A stretch of 64,000 nt of DNA from an uncultured virus (IMG/VR IMGVR_UViG_3300032167_007427) (lineage: Duplodnaviria; Heunggongvirae; Uroviricota; Caudoviricetes): IMG/VR virus record IMGVR_UViG_3300032167_007427, one strand, 5' to 3'. This document shows, piece after piece, positions 38,335 through 47,516 of this stretch; positions within the stretch are counted from its first letter, which is position 1; the number at the start of each line of letters is the position of its first letter. The notes below the pieces were generated by a model. The model was not told where the DNA came from and did no database searches. It was given only the letters and a program-made list of their open reading frames with translations. Made by a program: the position numbers and the translations under genes.

Positions 38335-38604
38335 ATGACATTCACAGATAAGTTCACCACGATGGAACACCTTACAGAAAAGGTTTCCCCCAGCTACGGT
38401 GCGGTTCTTAAATACGGCAACAGAGTATTCGTTACCGACATCCATTGGAAAGGCGGATTCACCGCAACCATTTACGAATTTGTTGATGACCCCGAAGAAA
38501 CCGGACTTGGTGATATCGAATGCAGGCTTTCCAGAATAGCCGAAGCAACACAGCACTTTGAAGACAGCGGTCACGCCATTGCCTGGTGCTTGAAGCAAAA
38601 ATAA
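38335..38604 (+). CDS. Hypothetical protein
   Basis: RBS AAGGAGG; 89 aa. Confidence 0.7.
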   Translation: MTFTDKFTTMEHLTEKVSPSYGAVLKYGNRVFVTDIHWKGGFTATIYEFVDDPEETGLGDIECRLSRIAEATQHFEDSGHAIAWCLKQK

Positions 38605-38654
38605 TCAAAACCCAAATAAATACAGGATAGAGCCGAGAGGCTCTGTTCCTCTCT

Positions 38655-38676
38655 ACAGCCAGACGGCTGTTTTTTT
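38655..38676 (+). terminator. Intrinsic terminator ending the moron block
   Basis: ACAGCC-AGAC-GGCTGT plus T run. Confidence 0.7.
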
Positions 38677-38701
38677 ATTCCTTTGAAAGGAGGCGACCGA
38701 C

Positions 38702-40300
38702 ATAGCCAAAAAGAAATATACCCCTACAAAGTTCAAAGCCAAAGACTCCGTCTACGATAAAAACGCCGCCGACTATGCGGTCAACTTTATTGAATGCCTC
38801 TGTCATACAAAAGGCACCTGGGCGGGAAAACGCTTTGAACTTCTTGATTGGCAAGAACAAATAATCCGTGACCTTTTCGGTACACTCAAGCCGAACGGTT
38901 ACCGACAGTTCAACACCGCATACATTGAAATTCCGAAGAAGATGGGCAAGTCTGAGCTTGCGGCAGCGGTAGCACTCCTCCTCACTTGCGGTGACGGAGA
39001 GGAACGTGCCGAGGTATACGGTTGTGCTGCAGATCGACAGCAAGCCTCTATTGTATTTGAGGTTGCCACCGATATGGTGCGTATGTGTCCGGCACTCTCC
39101 AAACGAGTAAAAATTCTATCAGCTACAAAGCGTATCGTATATATTCCCACGAACAGCTTTTATCAAGTTCTTTCTGCCGAAGCTTACTCCAAGCACGGCT
39201 TTAACATACACGGCGTAGTTTTTGATGAACTCCACACCCAGCCAAACAGAAAACTCTTTGATGTTATGACAAAGGGTTCGGGTGATGCTCGTATGCAACC
39301 GCTTTATTTTCTTATAACCACCGCCGGAACCGACACTCGCTCTATTTGCTATGAAACACACCAAAAGGCAAAGGACATCATCGCGGGGCGAAAGATTGAC
39401 CCAACCTTCTATCCCGTAATTTACGGAGCTGACGAAGCGGATGACTGGACTGACCCGAAGGTATGGAAAAAGGCAAACCCCTCTCTCGGTGTTACTGTAG
39501 GCATCGACAAGGTTCGTGCAGCTTGTGAATCAGCCAAGCAGAACCCTGCCGAGGAAAACGCATTCAGGCAGTTAAGGCTGAACCAATGGGTAAAGCAGTC
39601 AGTCCGTTGGATGCCTATGGAGAAATGGGACCGGTGTGATTTTGCAACACCTGAAGACGAGCTCGAAGGTCGTGTGTGCTATGGTGGTCTTGACCTTTCT
39701 TCCACCACAGACATCACGGCTTTCGTGCTTGTCTTTCCACCCACCGATGATGATGACCGCTATGTCATTCTTCCGTACTTCTGGATACCCGAGGATTGCC
39801 TTGAACTACGTGTACGACGTGACCACGTTCCGTATGACCTATGGGAGCGACAAGAGTTTCTCAATACAACTGAAGGAAATGTAGTCCACTACGGACACAT
39901 CGAGAAGTTTATAGAACGCCTCGGTGAGAAATACAACATTCGAGAAATAGCTTTCGACCGTTGGGGGGCCACGCAGATGGTTCAGAACCTCGAAGGAATG
40001 GGTTTCACCGTCGTTCCTTTCGGACAGGGCTACAAAGATATGTCACCACCTACAAAGGAGCTTATGAAGCTTGTGCTTGAGGAGAAAATCGCACATGGCG
40101 GACATCCGGTACTTCGGTGGATGATGGATAATATCTTTATCCGTACAGATCCGGCGGGTAATATAAAACCCGACAAGGAAAAATCCACAGAAAAGATTGA
40201 CGGCGCGGTTGCCACCATAATGGCTCTCGACCGTGCAATCAGATGTGGTAATGATATGAGTGCTTCGGTTTATGACAACCGAGGTATTTTATTTATATAA
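38702..40300 (+). CDS. terL: Terminase large subunit (ATA start inferred)
   Basis: EIPKKMGKS Walker A, VFDELH, GLDLS, KIDG. Confidence 0.93.
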   Translation: MAKKKYTPTKFKAKDSVYDKNAADYAVNFIECLCHTKGTWAGKRFELLDWQEQIIRDLFGTLKPNGYRQFNTAYIEIPKKMGKSELAAAVALLLTCGDGEERAEVYGCAADRQQASIVFEVATDMVRMCPALSKRVKILSATKRIVYIPTNSFYQVLSAEAYSKHGFNIHGVVFDELHTQPNRKLFDVMTKGSGDARMQPLYFLITTAGTDTRSICYETHQKAKDIIAGRKIDPTFYPVIYGADEADDWTDPKVWKKANPSLGVTVGIDKVRAACESAKQNPAEENAFRQLRLNQWVKQSVRWMPMEKWDRCDFATPEDELEGRVCYGGLDLSSTTDITAFVLVFPPTDDDDRYVILPYFWIPEDCLELRVRRDHVPYDLWERQEFLNTTEGNVVHYGHIEKFIERLGEKYNIREIAFDRWGATQMVQNLEGMGFTVVPFGQGYKDMSPPTKELMKLVLEEKIAHGGHPVLRWMMDNIFIRTDPAGNIKPDKEKSTEKIDGAVATIMALDRAIRCGNDMSASVYDNRGILFI

Positions 40301-40448
40301 TTGCTGCCGTCATTTTATTGTCCCCTATCAAACACCATTTTTGATTATGAAAAATCATGCAGCCGTGATATGATTTTTCATACGGCTAAATACAATTACA
40401 CTTTTTTGTGTTATAATGCCCTCAAACAAATGAACAAGGAGGCGCATT

Positions 40449-40730
40449 ATGCTCTACAAAGAAAAATTTTATGATTTTTTACTGTCAGAAAAAACCATAT
40501 CAAGTGAAAAGGCTGTGATGTCACGGATAGCTAAAGCGAAGGCCGCTGAAAGAATACTTGGCATGGAGTTAGACAAAGTTGTCGCAGATGATGATTTAAT
40601 GTATGATTCCCTTATCAAACTGTCCTACAATGAAGACCCCGCTCATACACCAATGCAAAATGCAGTACGCAAATATTACAAATTCACACATGGTAAAGAA
40701 TTCCCGCGTATGAAAGATTACCGCAGATAA
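40449..40730 (+). CDS. Moron hypothetical protein
   Basis: TGTTATAAT upstream, RBS AAGGAGG, terminator hairpin 40738-40763. Confidence 0.75.
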   Translation: MLYKEKFYDFLLSEKTISSEKAVMSRIAKAKAAERILGMELDKVVADDDLMYDSLIKLSYNEDPAHTPMQNAVRKYYKFTHGKEFPRMKDYRR

Positions 40731-40790
40731 TACATTGAAGCATCCATCAAACGGTGGATGCTTTTCTTAAACCCAAATCAAGGAGGTACA

Positions 40791-41567
40791 ATGGAAAAGC
40801 CTATAAAACATATTGTTTCGCTGTCCGGTGGTAAGGATTCTACTGCTATGCTTCTCCGAATGCTTGAGGAAAGTTGGCCCGTTGATATAATCCTTTTCTG
40901 TGATACGGGCATCGAGTTTGAAGGTATGTATCGACACATAGATAAACTTGAAAAGTATATCGGTATGCCTATTACGAGGCTCAAGTCAAACTATGATTTT
41001 GAGTATCTTCTCCTGGAGCATATGCCGAAACGTAAAAATCCAGAACTTTTCGGTCGCAAGGGATACAGTTGGAGTGGTCCCCGTAACCGTTGGTGTACTG
41101 CAATGCTCAAGCAAAGGGTTATAGACAAATACCTCCGTAGCCTTGCTAAGGAATACACCTTAAAACAGTATATCGGTATCGCCGCAGATGAACCTGAACG
41201 TATAAAGGAATACAACTACCCCTTGTTAGAATGGGGCATGACCGAAGCCGACTGCCTTGCCTATTGTAAGGAGCGAGGCTTTGATTGGGATGGGCTTTAT
41301 GATATCTTTCATAGGGTATCTTGTTGGTGCTGCCCTCTGCAGTCCTATGATGAACTCCGAAAGCTTCGAAAACATTTCCCGGAGCTGTGGGCAAAACTTG
41401 GTGAATGGGATGAAAAGACATGGCGCACATATTTAAAGCACTACTCCGTAAAACAACTTGAAATACGCTTTGCCTTCGAGGAGGAACGCCTGGCACAAGG
41501 ACTTCCTATCAAGGGTAAGGCGTTTTTTGATGCCCTACGAGAAAAGCTGAAAGAAGGTGAAGGATAA
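40791..41567 (+). CDS. PAPS-reductase-family PP-loop protein
   Basis: SLSGGKDS, DTG, RWCT..LK, RVSCWCCP. Confidence 0.88.
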   Translation: MEKPIKHIVSLSGGKDSTAMLLRMLEESWPVDIILFCDTGIEFEGMYRHIDKLEKYIGMPITRLKSNYDFEYLLLEHMPKRKNPELFGRKGYSWSGPRNRWCTAMLKQRVIDKYLRSLAKEYTLKQYIGIAADEPERIKEYNYPLLEWGMTEADCLAYCKERGFDWDGLYDIFHRVSCWCCPLQSYDELRKLRKHFPELWAKLGEWDEKTWRTYLKHYSVKQLEIRFAFEEERLAQGLPIKGKAFFDALREKLKEGEG

Positions 41568-42931
41568 TGGGTATCTTTTCAGGACTTTTCAAGTCCCGTG
41601 ATAAGCCTCAAAACAGTACTGCCGGAAGTTCATACACATTCTTTATGGGCGGTACGACATCAGGCAAACCTGTAAATGAACGTTCCGCAATGCAGATGAC
41701 AGCGGTATATTCCTGTGTCCGTATTCTTGCAGAAGCGGTAGCGGGACTTCCGTTACATCTCTATCGCTATACTGAAAACGGCGGTAAAGAAAAAGCTATA
41801 GACCATCCGCTATACCTATTGCTCCATGATGAACCAAACCCCGAGATGTCAAGCTTTGTGTTCAGAGAAACTCTTATGACACACCTGCTCCTTTGGGGTA
41901 ATGCTTACGCACAAATCATACGCAACGGTAAGAATGAGGTCATCGCTCTGTATCCGTTGATGCCGAACAAGATGACCGTTGACCGCGACGAACATGGACA
42001 ACTCTACTACACTTACCAACGCTCCAATGACGAAGCGCCTACAATGAAAGGCTCGTCCGTTATACTTAAACCTTCGGATGTGCTTCACATTCCCGGTCTT
42101 GGTTTTGATGGTCTCGTCGGATATAGTCCCATCGCAATGGCTAAAAACGCTATCGGTATGGCTATAGCCTGTGAGGAGTTCGGTGCCAAGTTCTTTGCTA
42201 ACGGTGCAGCACCTTCGGGTGTCCTTGAGCATCCCGGTACTATTAAAGACCCAAGCCGTGTGCGTGAAGCCTGGCAGAGTCAATTCGGAGGCTCGTCTAA
42301 CTCCGGTAAGGTTGCCGTACTTGAGGAAGGAATGAAGTATACACCGATTTCCATCTCTCCCGAACAGGCACAGTTCCTTGAAACACGCAAATTTCAAATA
42401 AACGAGATTGCTCGAATTTTCAGAGTTCCTCCTCATATGGTAGGTGACCTTGAAAAATCGAGCTTTTCAAATATTGAGCAACAGTCCCTTGAATTTGTAA
42501 AGTACACTCTTGACCCTTGGGTTATCCGTTGGGAGCAATCCATTATGCGTTCTCTTCTGAGCCTCGATGAAAAGAAAACATACTTTGCCAAATTCAATCT
42601 TGATGGACTACTCCGTGGCGATTATCAAAGCCGTATGAATGGCTACGCCATTGGTCGTCAGAACGGTTGGATGTCCGCAAACGATATCCGTGAGCTTGAA
42701 AACCTCGACCGTATTCCCGAAGAGGAAGGTGGCGACCTTTACCTTATTAACGGCAATATGCTCCCCATGAGAAATGCGGGTGCTTTTGCAAATATCCCTA
42801 CTGATGACGGAAAGGAGGAAACACCCGATGAAGAAGTTTTGGAATTGGACGAATCAGGCAATGACGGAGACGACTCCGGCAATGAGAACTCTGCACCTCA
42901 ACGGCACAATCGCGGAAGAAAGTTGGTTTGA
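41567..42931 (+). CDS. HK97-family portal protein
   Basis: AVYSCVRILAE, LLWGNAY, EIARIFRVPP. Confidence 0.95.
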   Translation: MGIFSGLFKSRDKPQNSTAGSSYTFFMGGTTSGKPVNERSAMQMTAVYSCVRILAEAVAGLPLHLYRYTENGGKEKAIDHPLYLLLHDEPNPEMSSFVFRETLMTHLLLWGNAYAQIIRNGKNEVIALYPLMPNKMTVDRDEHGQLYYTYQRSNDEAPTMKGSSVILKPSDVLHIPGLGFDGLVGYSPIAMAKNAIGMAIACEEFGAKFFANGAAPSGVLEHPGTIKDPSRVREAWQSQFGGSSNSGKVAVLEEGMKYTPISISPEQAQFLETRKFQINEIARIFRVPPHMVGDLEKSSFSNIEQQSLEFVKYTLDPWVIRWEQSIMRSLLSLDEKKTYFAKFNLDGLLRGDYQSRMNGYAIGRQNGWMSANDIRELENLDRIPEEEGGDLYLINGNMLPMRNAGAFANIPTDDGKEETPDEEVLELDESGNDGDDSGNENSAPQRHNRGRKLV

Positions 42932-43664
42932 CGATGATATCACTCCTCAGCTTTTCCGTGAGGAACTTGAATCCGGTAGTGGTGATATCACCGTATGGAT
43001 TAACTCTCCCGGCGGTGACTGCGTTGCGGCGGCACAGATTTACAATATGCTGATGGATTACAAGGGTTCTGTTACGGTCAAGATTGACGGCATCGCAGCT
43101 TCGGCTGCTTCCGTTATCGCAATGGCAGGTACAGAAGTCCTTATGTCTCCTGTCGGTATGCTAATGATTCACAATCCTATGACGATTGCTATGGGCGATG
43201 CAGACGAGATGGAGAAAGCCATTGATATGCTTGGAAACGTAAAGGAATCCATCATAAACGCTTACGAAATCAAAACAGGACTTTCCCGTGCCAAGCTCGC
43301 GCACCTTATGGATGCGGAAACTTGGATGGATGCAAATAAGGCTCTTGAGCTTGGTTTTATAGACGGTATCCTGGCTCGTGATGCCGGCCCCACAGCAATC
43401 CCTACCACGGAAGAGGATGACGACGAGGACGAAGATGAAGATGAAACCGTAGTCGTCAAACCCGAAAAAACCGAAACAAACGAGAACACAAGTACAGCTA
43501 AAACGTCTATGCTGTTCTCACGTAAGGCGGTCGAGGTTGCACTTATGAATAAGATGCGCCACAAAATGATTGCAGAAGCTGCAAAGATACAGCCTAAAGA
43601 AACTACACCCACCGGTCGTAAAGTTGATGACCTTTACGACAGACTCAATCTTTTGAAACATTAA
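42828..43664 (+). CDS. ClpP-like prohead protease
   Basis: INSPGGD, AASAASVI, MIHNP. Confidence 0.93.
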   Translation: MKKFWNWTNQAMTETTPAMRTLHLNGTIAEESWFDDDITPQLFREELESGSGDITVWINSPGGDCVAAAQIYNMLMDYKGSVTVKIDGIAASAASVIAMAGTEVLMSPVGMLMIHNPMTIAMGDADEMEKAIDMLGNVKESIINAYEIKTGLSRAKLAHLMDAETWMDANKALELGFIDGILARDAGPTAIPTTEEDDDEDEDEDETVVVKPEKTETNENTSTAKTSMLFSRKAVEVALMNKMRHKMIAEAAKIQPKETTPTGRKVDDLYDRLNLLKH

Positions 43665-43680
43665 CAAGGAGGAATTTGTT

Positions 43681-44883
43681 ATGACACTTAACGAACTTCG
43701 CACCAAGCGTGCAACCGCGTGGGAAGCAGCCAAGGCATTTCTTGACTCCCACAGAAACGATAAGGGCGTTCTCTCTGCCGAGGATGACGCTACTTATTCT
43801 CGTATGGAAAACGAGATTACAGACCTCGGCAAGGAAATCTCTCGTATGGAGAGACTTGAGGCTATGGATGCTGAAATGTCTAAGGCAACAAGTACTCCCC
43901 TGACTACAAAGCCCGACGCACCCAAGACTGACACTAAGGTGGGCAGAGCTTCCGACGCCTACAAGGAGGCATTCTGGAACCACGCAAGAAAGCGTGACTC
44001 CTATGAAATTCGTAATGCTCTCCAGGTAGGTACGGATACTGAAGGTGGTTACCTCGTACCCGATACCTTTGAAAAGAAACTCATCACTTCTCTTGAAGAG
44101 GAAAATATCATCCGTAAGCACGCTCACGTATTCACCACTTCGAGTGGTGCACACAAGATTCCTGTTGTATCCACCCGTGGCACAGCTGCTTGGGTAGATG
44201 AAGAGGGACAGATTCCCGAGAGTGACGATGCATTCGGACAGCAGCTCATCGGCGCACACAAGATTTCCACTCTTATTAAGGTTTCCGAGGAGCTCCTCAA
44301 CGACTCCGCTTTTGACCTTGAAACTTACTTTGCTACCGAGTTTGCTCGTAGAATCGGTAATGCAGAGGAGGCTGCGTTCATCTCCGGTAACGGTACTGGC
44401 AAGCCTACAGGTATTCTCGCCGATGTTGGCGGTGCTGAAATCGGTGTAACCGCAGCATCCGAAACTGCAATTACAGCAGATGAGATTATCGACCTCTTCT
44501 ACTCCCTTAAGTCTCCTTATCGTAAGAAGGCAATTTGGGTGCTTAACGATAGAACCATCAAGGCTATTCGTAAGCTCAAGGACTCCAACGGTCAGTATCT
44601 GTGGCAGCCTGCTCTTCACGAGGGTGAGTTTGATACTATCCTCGGTAAGAGAATCTATACCTCTCCCTTTGCCCCCGAACTCGGTGCAGGCGCGAAGTCT
44701 ATCGCATTTGGTGACTTCTCCTACTACTGGATTGGTGACCGTCAGGGTGTGGCATTCAAGCGACTCAATGAGCGTTATGCAGAGACGGGTCAGGTTGGCT
44801 TCCTTGCATCCAAGCGTGTAGACGGTAAGCTCATCCTTCCCGAAGCTATCAAGGTACTTCAGCAGAAGGGTTCCGCTACCTAA
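43681..44883 (+). CDS. HK97-family major capsid protein
   Basis: GGYLVP, VSEELLNDS, FGDFS. Confidence 0.95.
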   Translation: MTLNELRTKRATAWEAAKAFLDSHRNDKGVLSAEDDATYSRMENEITDLGKEISRMERLEAMDAEMSKATSTPLTTKPDAPKTDTKVGRASDAYKEAFWNHARKRDSYEIRNALQVGTDTEGGYLVPDTFEKKLITSLEEENIIRKHAHVFTTSSGAHKIPVVSTRGTAAWVDEEGQIPESDDAFGQQLIGAHKISTLIKVSEELLNDSAFDLETYFATEFARRIGNAEEAAFISGNGTGKPTGILADVGGAEIGVTAASETAITADEIIDLFYSLKSPYRKKAIWVLNDRTIKAIRKLKDSNGQYLWQPALHEGEFDTILGKRIYTSPFAPELGAGAKSIAFGDFSYYWIGDRQGVAFKRLNERYAETGQVGFLASKRVDGKLILPEAIKVLQQKGSAT

Positions 44884-44902
44884 TTAACAGGAGGTGACGG
44901 TG

Positions 44903-45214
44903 ATGTCGGAATTGCTTACAAAGGTCAAGCAAAACCTTATACTTGAACACTCGGCTGATGACACTTTACTGCAGTCCTACATCACCGCCGCCGTAGCATA
45001 CGCAGAGAGTTATCAGCATATCCCCGAAGGAACATACAAAGAAACCGCTATGCCCGCCACAACAGAACAAGCAGTTATAATGCTTGCTTCTCATTTTTAT
45101 GAGTCACGTGACGGGAGTACAGGCGGTTTCTTTGCTGATAACCCCCAGGCGGCAACACAAGTATGGAACACAGTCAATCTGCTTCTTCGGCTTGACCGAG
45201 ATTGGAAGGTGTAA
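44903..45214 (+). CDS. Head-tail connector (gp6-like)
   Basis: VKQNL...DDTLLQSYI..A; position. Confidence 0.85.
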   Translation: MSELLTKVKQNLILEHSADDTLLQSYITAAVAYAESYQHIPEGTYKETAMPATTEQAVIMLASHFYESRDGSTGGFFADNPQAATQVWNTVNLLLRLDRDWKV

Positions 45215-45216
45215 CT

Positions 45217-45552
45217 ATGTCATTCGGTAAAATGAATACATCAATAGACCTCGGTATTTTCAAGAAGGTCAAGGACACCGACGGCTTTGCCACATCCGTT
45301 TATGAGGGTGTGGCATTTGTCCGTGCTTACAGAGAAGGGCGACACGGTTCACAGCGTTGGGCAAATCTTGCTTCATTCTCCGAAGCTACAGACCTATTCC
45401 GCTTACGCATAATACCCGGTATTACAATCACGACTGACCATATCCTCTATTGCAACGGTGAGAAATTCGACATCATCTCTGTGGAGGATGTAAAAGGTCG
45501 TGGTATGTATATCGAGGTTCTTGCTAAAAAGGTGGTGTCAGCAAGTGGCTAA
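45217..45552 (+). CDS. Head closure/adaptor protein
   Basis: Position and size. Confidence 0.8.
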   Translation: MSFGKMNTSIDLGIFKKVKDTDGFATSVYEGVAFVRAYREGRHGSQRWANLASFSEATDLFRLRIIPGITITTDHILYCNGEKFDIISVEDVKGRGMYIEVLAKKVVSASG

Positions 45553-45976
45553 AGTTGATATCAAAATGCCGGATGAGTTTCTTGAAAAGCTCTCGAAACT
45601 CGGTTCACAGACAGATGTTATAGCCGAGCGTGTTCTTGAAGCAGGCGGTGAGGTCGTCCTTGCGAAAATCCGCAGTAATCTCTCCTCCGTAGTAGGCAAA
45701 AACACGAAGGTGGAATCACGTTCTACGGGTGAGCTTGAACGTTCCCTCGGTATGTCAAAAACTCTTGTAGACAGACAAGGTAACCATAACATCAAGATTG
45801 GCTTTGCCGAACCCCGTTCCGATGGTGGAAGCAATGCTAAAATTGCCAATATTATCGAATACGGAAGGCACGGCCAACCGGCAAAACCTTTTCTTAAGCC
45901 GGCAAAAACAAGCTCAAAAACTGCGTGTGAAACAGCTATGAAACAGAAATTTGAGGAGGAAATCAGCAAATTATGA
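45545..45976 (+). CDS. HK97 gp10-like protein
   Basis: TGELERSL, EYG...QPAKPFLKPA. Confidence 0.85.
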   Translation: MAKVDIKMPDEFLEKLSKLGSQTDVIAERVLEAGGEVVLAKIRSNLSSVVGKNTKVESRSTGELERSLGMSKTLVDRQGNHNIKIGFAEPRSDGGSNAKIANIIEYGRHGQPAKPFLKPAKTSSKTACETAMKQKFEEEISKL

Positions 45977-46314
45977 GTGTGCTTTCAGATATTAATGCAA
46001 CCCTTAATGGTTGCGGTATTCCTCTTGAAACAGGTGTGTTTACAGATAATGCACCCGATAAATATATCGTAGTTGTTCCATTGATAGATACATTTGGGGT
46101 TAACGCAGATAACACCCCCACCTACGATGTACAGGAAGCCCGCATATCCTTGTACAGCAAATCAAACTATATTGCGGACAAAAACAAAATCGTTCGGTTT
46201 CTCATTTCCGCAGACTTCACCATTACAGGCAGACAGTATGTCGGATATGAAAGCGGAACTGGATATCACCACTATGTGGTCGATGTCGCAAAACACTATG
46301 AAATGGAGGAATAA
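45973..46314 (+). CDS. Tail terminator-like protein
   Basis: YESGTGYHH; position. Confidence 0.7.
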   Translation: MSVLSDINATLNGCGIPLETGVFTDNAPDKYIVVVPLIDTFGVNADNTPTYDVQEARISLYSKSNYIADKNKIVRFLISADFTITGRQYVGYESGTGYHHYVVDVAKHYEMEE

Positions 46315-46319
46315 CCTAT

Positions 46320-46916
46320 ATGGCTACAATAGGTCTTGATAAACTTTTCTACTCTAAGATTACCGAAGACAAAGACGGTAACGAAACCTATGCAACTCCT
46401 ACACAGCTTGCAAAGGCTATGACCGCTGACCTCTCGGTTGAACTTGCAGAGGCAACGCTGTACGCAGACGATGGTGCTGCAGAAATCGTCAAGGAATTTA
46501 AGAGTGGTACTCTTTCTCTCGGTATCGATGATCTCGGTGCGGCTATTGCTTCCGATCTTACGGGTTCGACTATCGATGAAAACGGCGTTGTTATGTCATC
46601 TGCCGAGGACGGTGGTTCTCCTGTTGCAGTTGGATTCCGTGCAAAGAAGGCAAACGGAAAGTACAAATACTACTGGCTTTACAGAGTAAAGTTCGGCATC
46701 CCCGCCACGAACCTTGCTACCAAGGGCGACAGCATTACCTTCTCCACCCCTACAATCGAAGGTACTATTATGCGCCGTAACAAACCCGATATCAGCGGTA
46801 AGCATCCCTGGAAGGCAGAGGCTACCGAGGGCGAAAACAATATTACCGAGGCTACCATTGCGAATTGGTACAAAGAAGTATATGAGCCGAGCTATGCTGC
46901 TCCGGCTTCTGAATAA
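46320..46916 (+). CDS. Major tail protein (phi13-like)
   Basis: IGLDKLFY, LYADDG, YWLYRVKF. Confidence 0.9.
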   Translation: MATIGLDKLFYSKITEDKDGNETYATPTQLAKAMTADLSVELAEATLYADDGAAEIVKEFKSGTLSLGIDDLGAAIASDLTGSTIDENGVVMSSAEDGGSPVAVGFRAKKANGKYKYYWLYRVKFGIPATNLATKGDSITFSTPTIEGTIMRRNKPDISGKHPWKAEATEGENNITEATIANWYKEVYEPSYAAPASE

Positions 46917-46927
46917 GGAGGTACAAT

Positions 46928-47311
46928 ATGATAACCGACAGAACAGCTACTATCACCATCGGCGGTGATGAATATACTCTTGTTCTTACAACAAAGGCAA
47001 CCAAGGAAATCGCAGGTCGTTACGGCGGTCTTGAAAACCTTGGAGAAAAGCTCATGAAGTCCGAGAACTTTGAAATGGCTATCGGTGAAATCGTATGGCT
47101 TATTACTCTTCTTGCAAACCAGGCTCTTCTCATACACAACATCAAGCATAAGGATGACCAAAGAGAACTCCTTACTGAGGATTATGTTGAGATTCTCACA
47201 TCTCCCGCCGACCTTGCAACCTTTAAGGCGGCAATCACAGAAGCTATGTTTAAGGGCACAAAACGCAACGTGGAAAGTGAGACTGATTCAAAAAACGCAC
47301 AAGTCGAGTAA
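46928..47311 (+). CDS. Tail assembly chaperone (gpG-like)
   Basis: Between major tail and tape measure; ends at slippery site. Confidence 0.85.
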   Translation: MITDRTATITIGGDEYTLVLTTKATKEIAGRYGGLENLGEKLMKSENFEMAIGEIVWLITLLANQALLIHNIKHKDDQRELLTEDYVEILTSPADLATFKAAITEAMFKGTKRNVESETDSKNAQVE

Positions 47312-47499
47312 GTGACGAAGAGTTATTTACTCGACTTTTATATTACGGCATCGGTCAGCTTCATCTGTCTATGGATGAAGTGTGGCTGATGCCGTTTGGC
47401 TTACTCCTTGACCTTTGGGAGTGTCATAAGCAGTACACTGGCATCGCCAAGCCGAAACGGGAACGATTCATTGATGACATCATCCCGGACGGAATCTGA
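47290..47499 (+). CDS. -1 frameshift extension (gpGT-like)
   Basis: A AAA AAC plus hairpin; -1 frame open to TGA 47499. Confidence 0.8.
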   Translation, partial: KKRTSRVSDEELFTRLLYYGIGQLHLSMDEVWLMPFGLLLDLWECHKQYTGIAKPKRERFIDDIIPDGI

Positions 47500-47516
47500 C
47501 GAAAGGTGGTGGTTAT

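Noticed and set aside
38942..40300. terL as an N-terminally truncated pseudogene
   Set aside because: Upstream frame is intact with a strong RBS; ATA start is more parsimonious
42828..42931. 104-nt portal/protease overlap and acidic tract in the protease
   Set aside because: Low-complexity tail and linker; no sign of a separate function
43645..44619. 324-aa antisense ORF over the capsid gene
   Set aside because: Shadow of a codon-biased gene; no motifs or RBS
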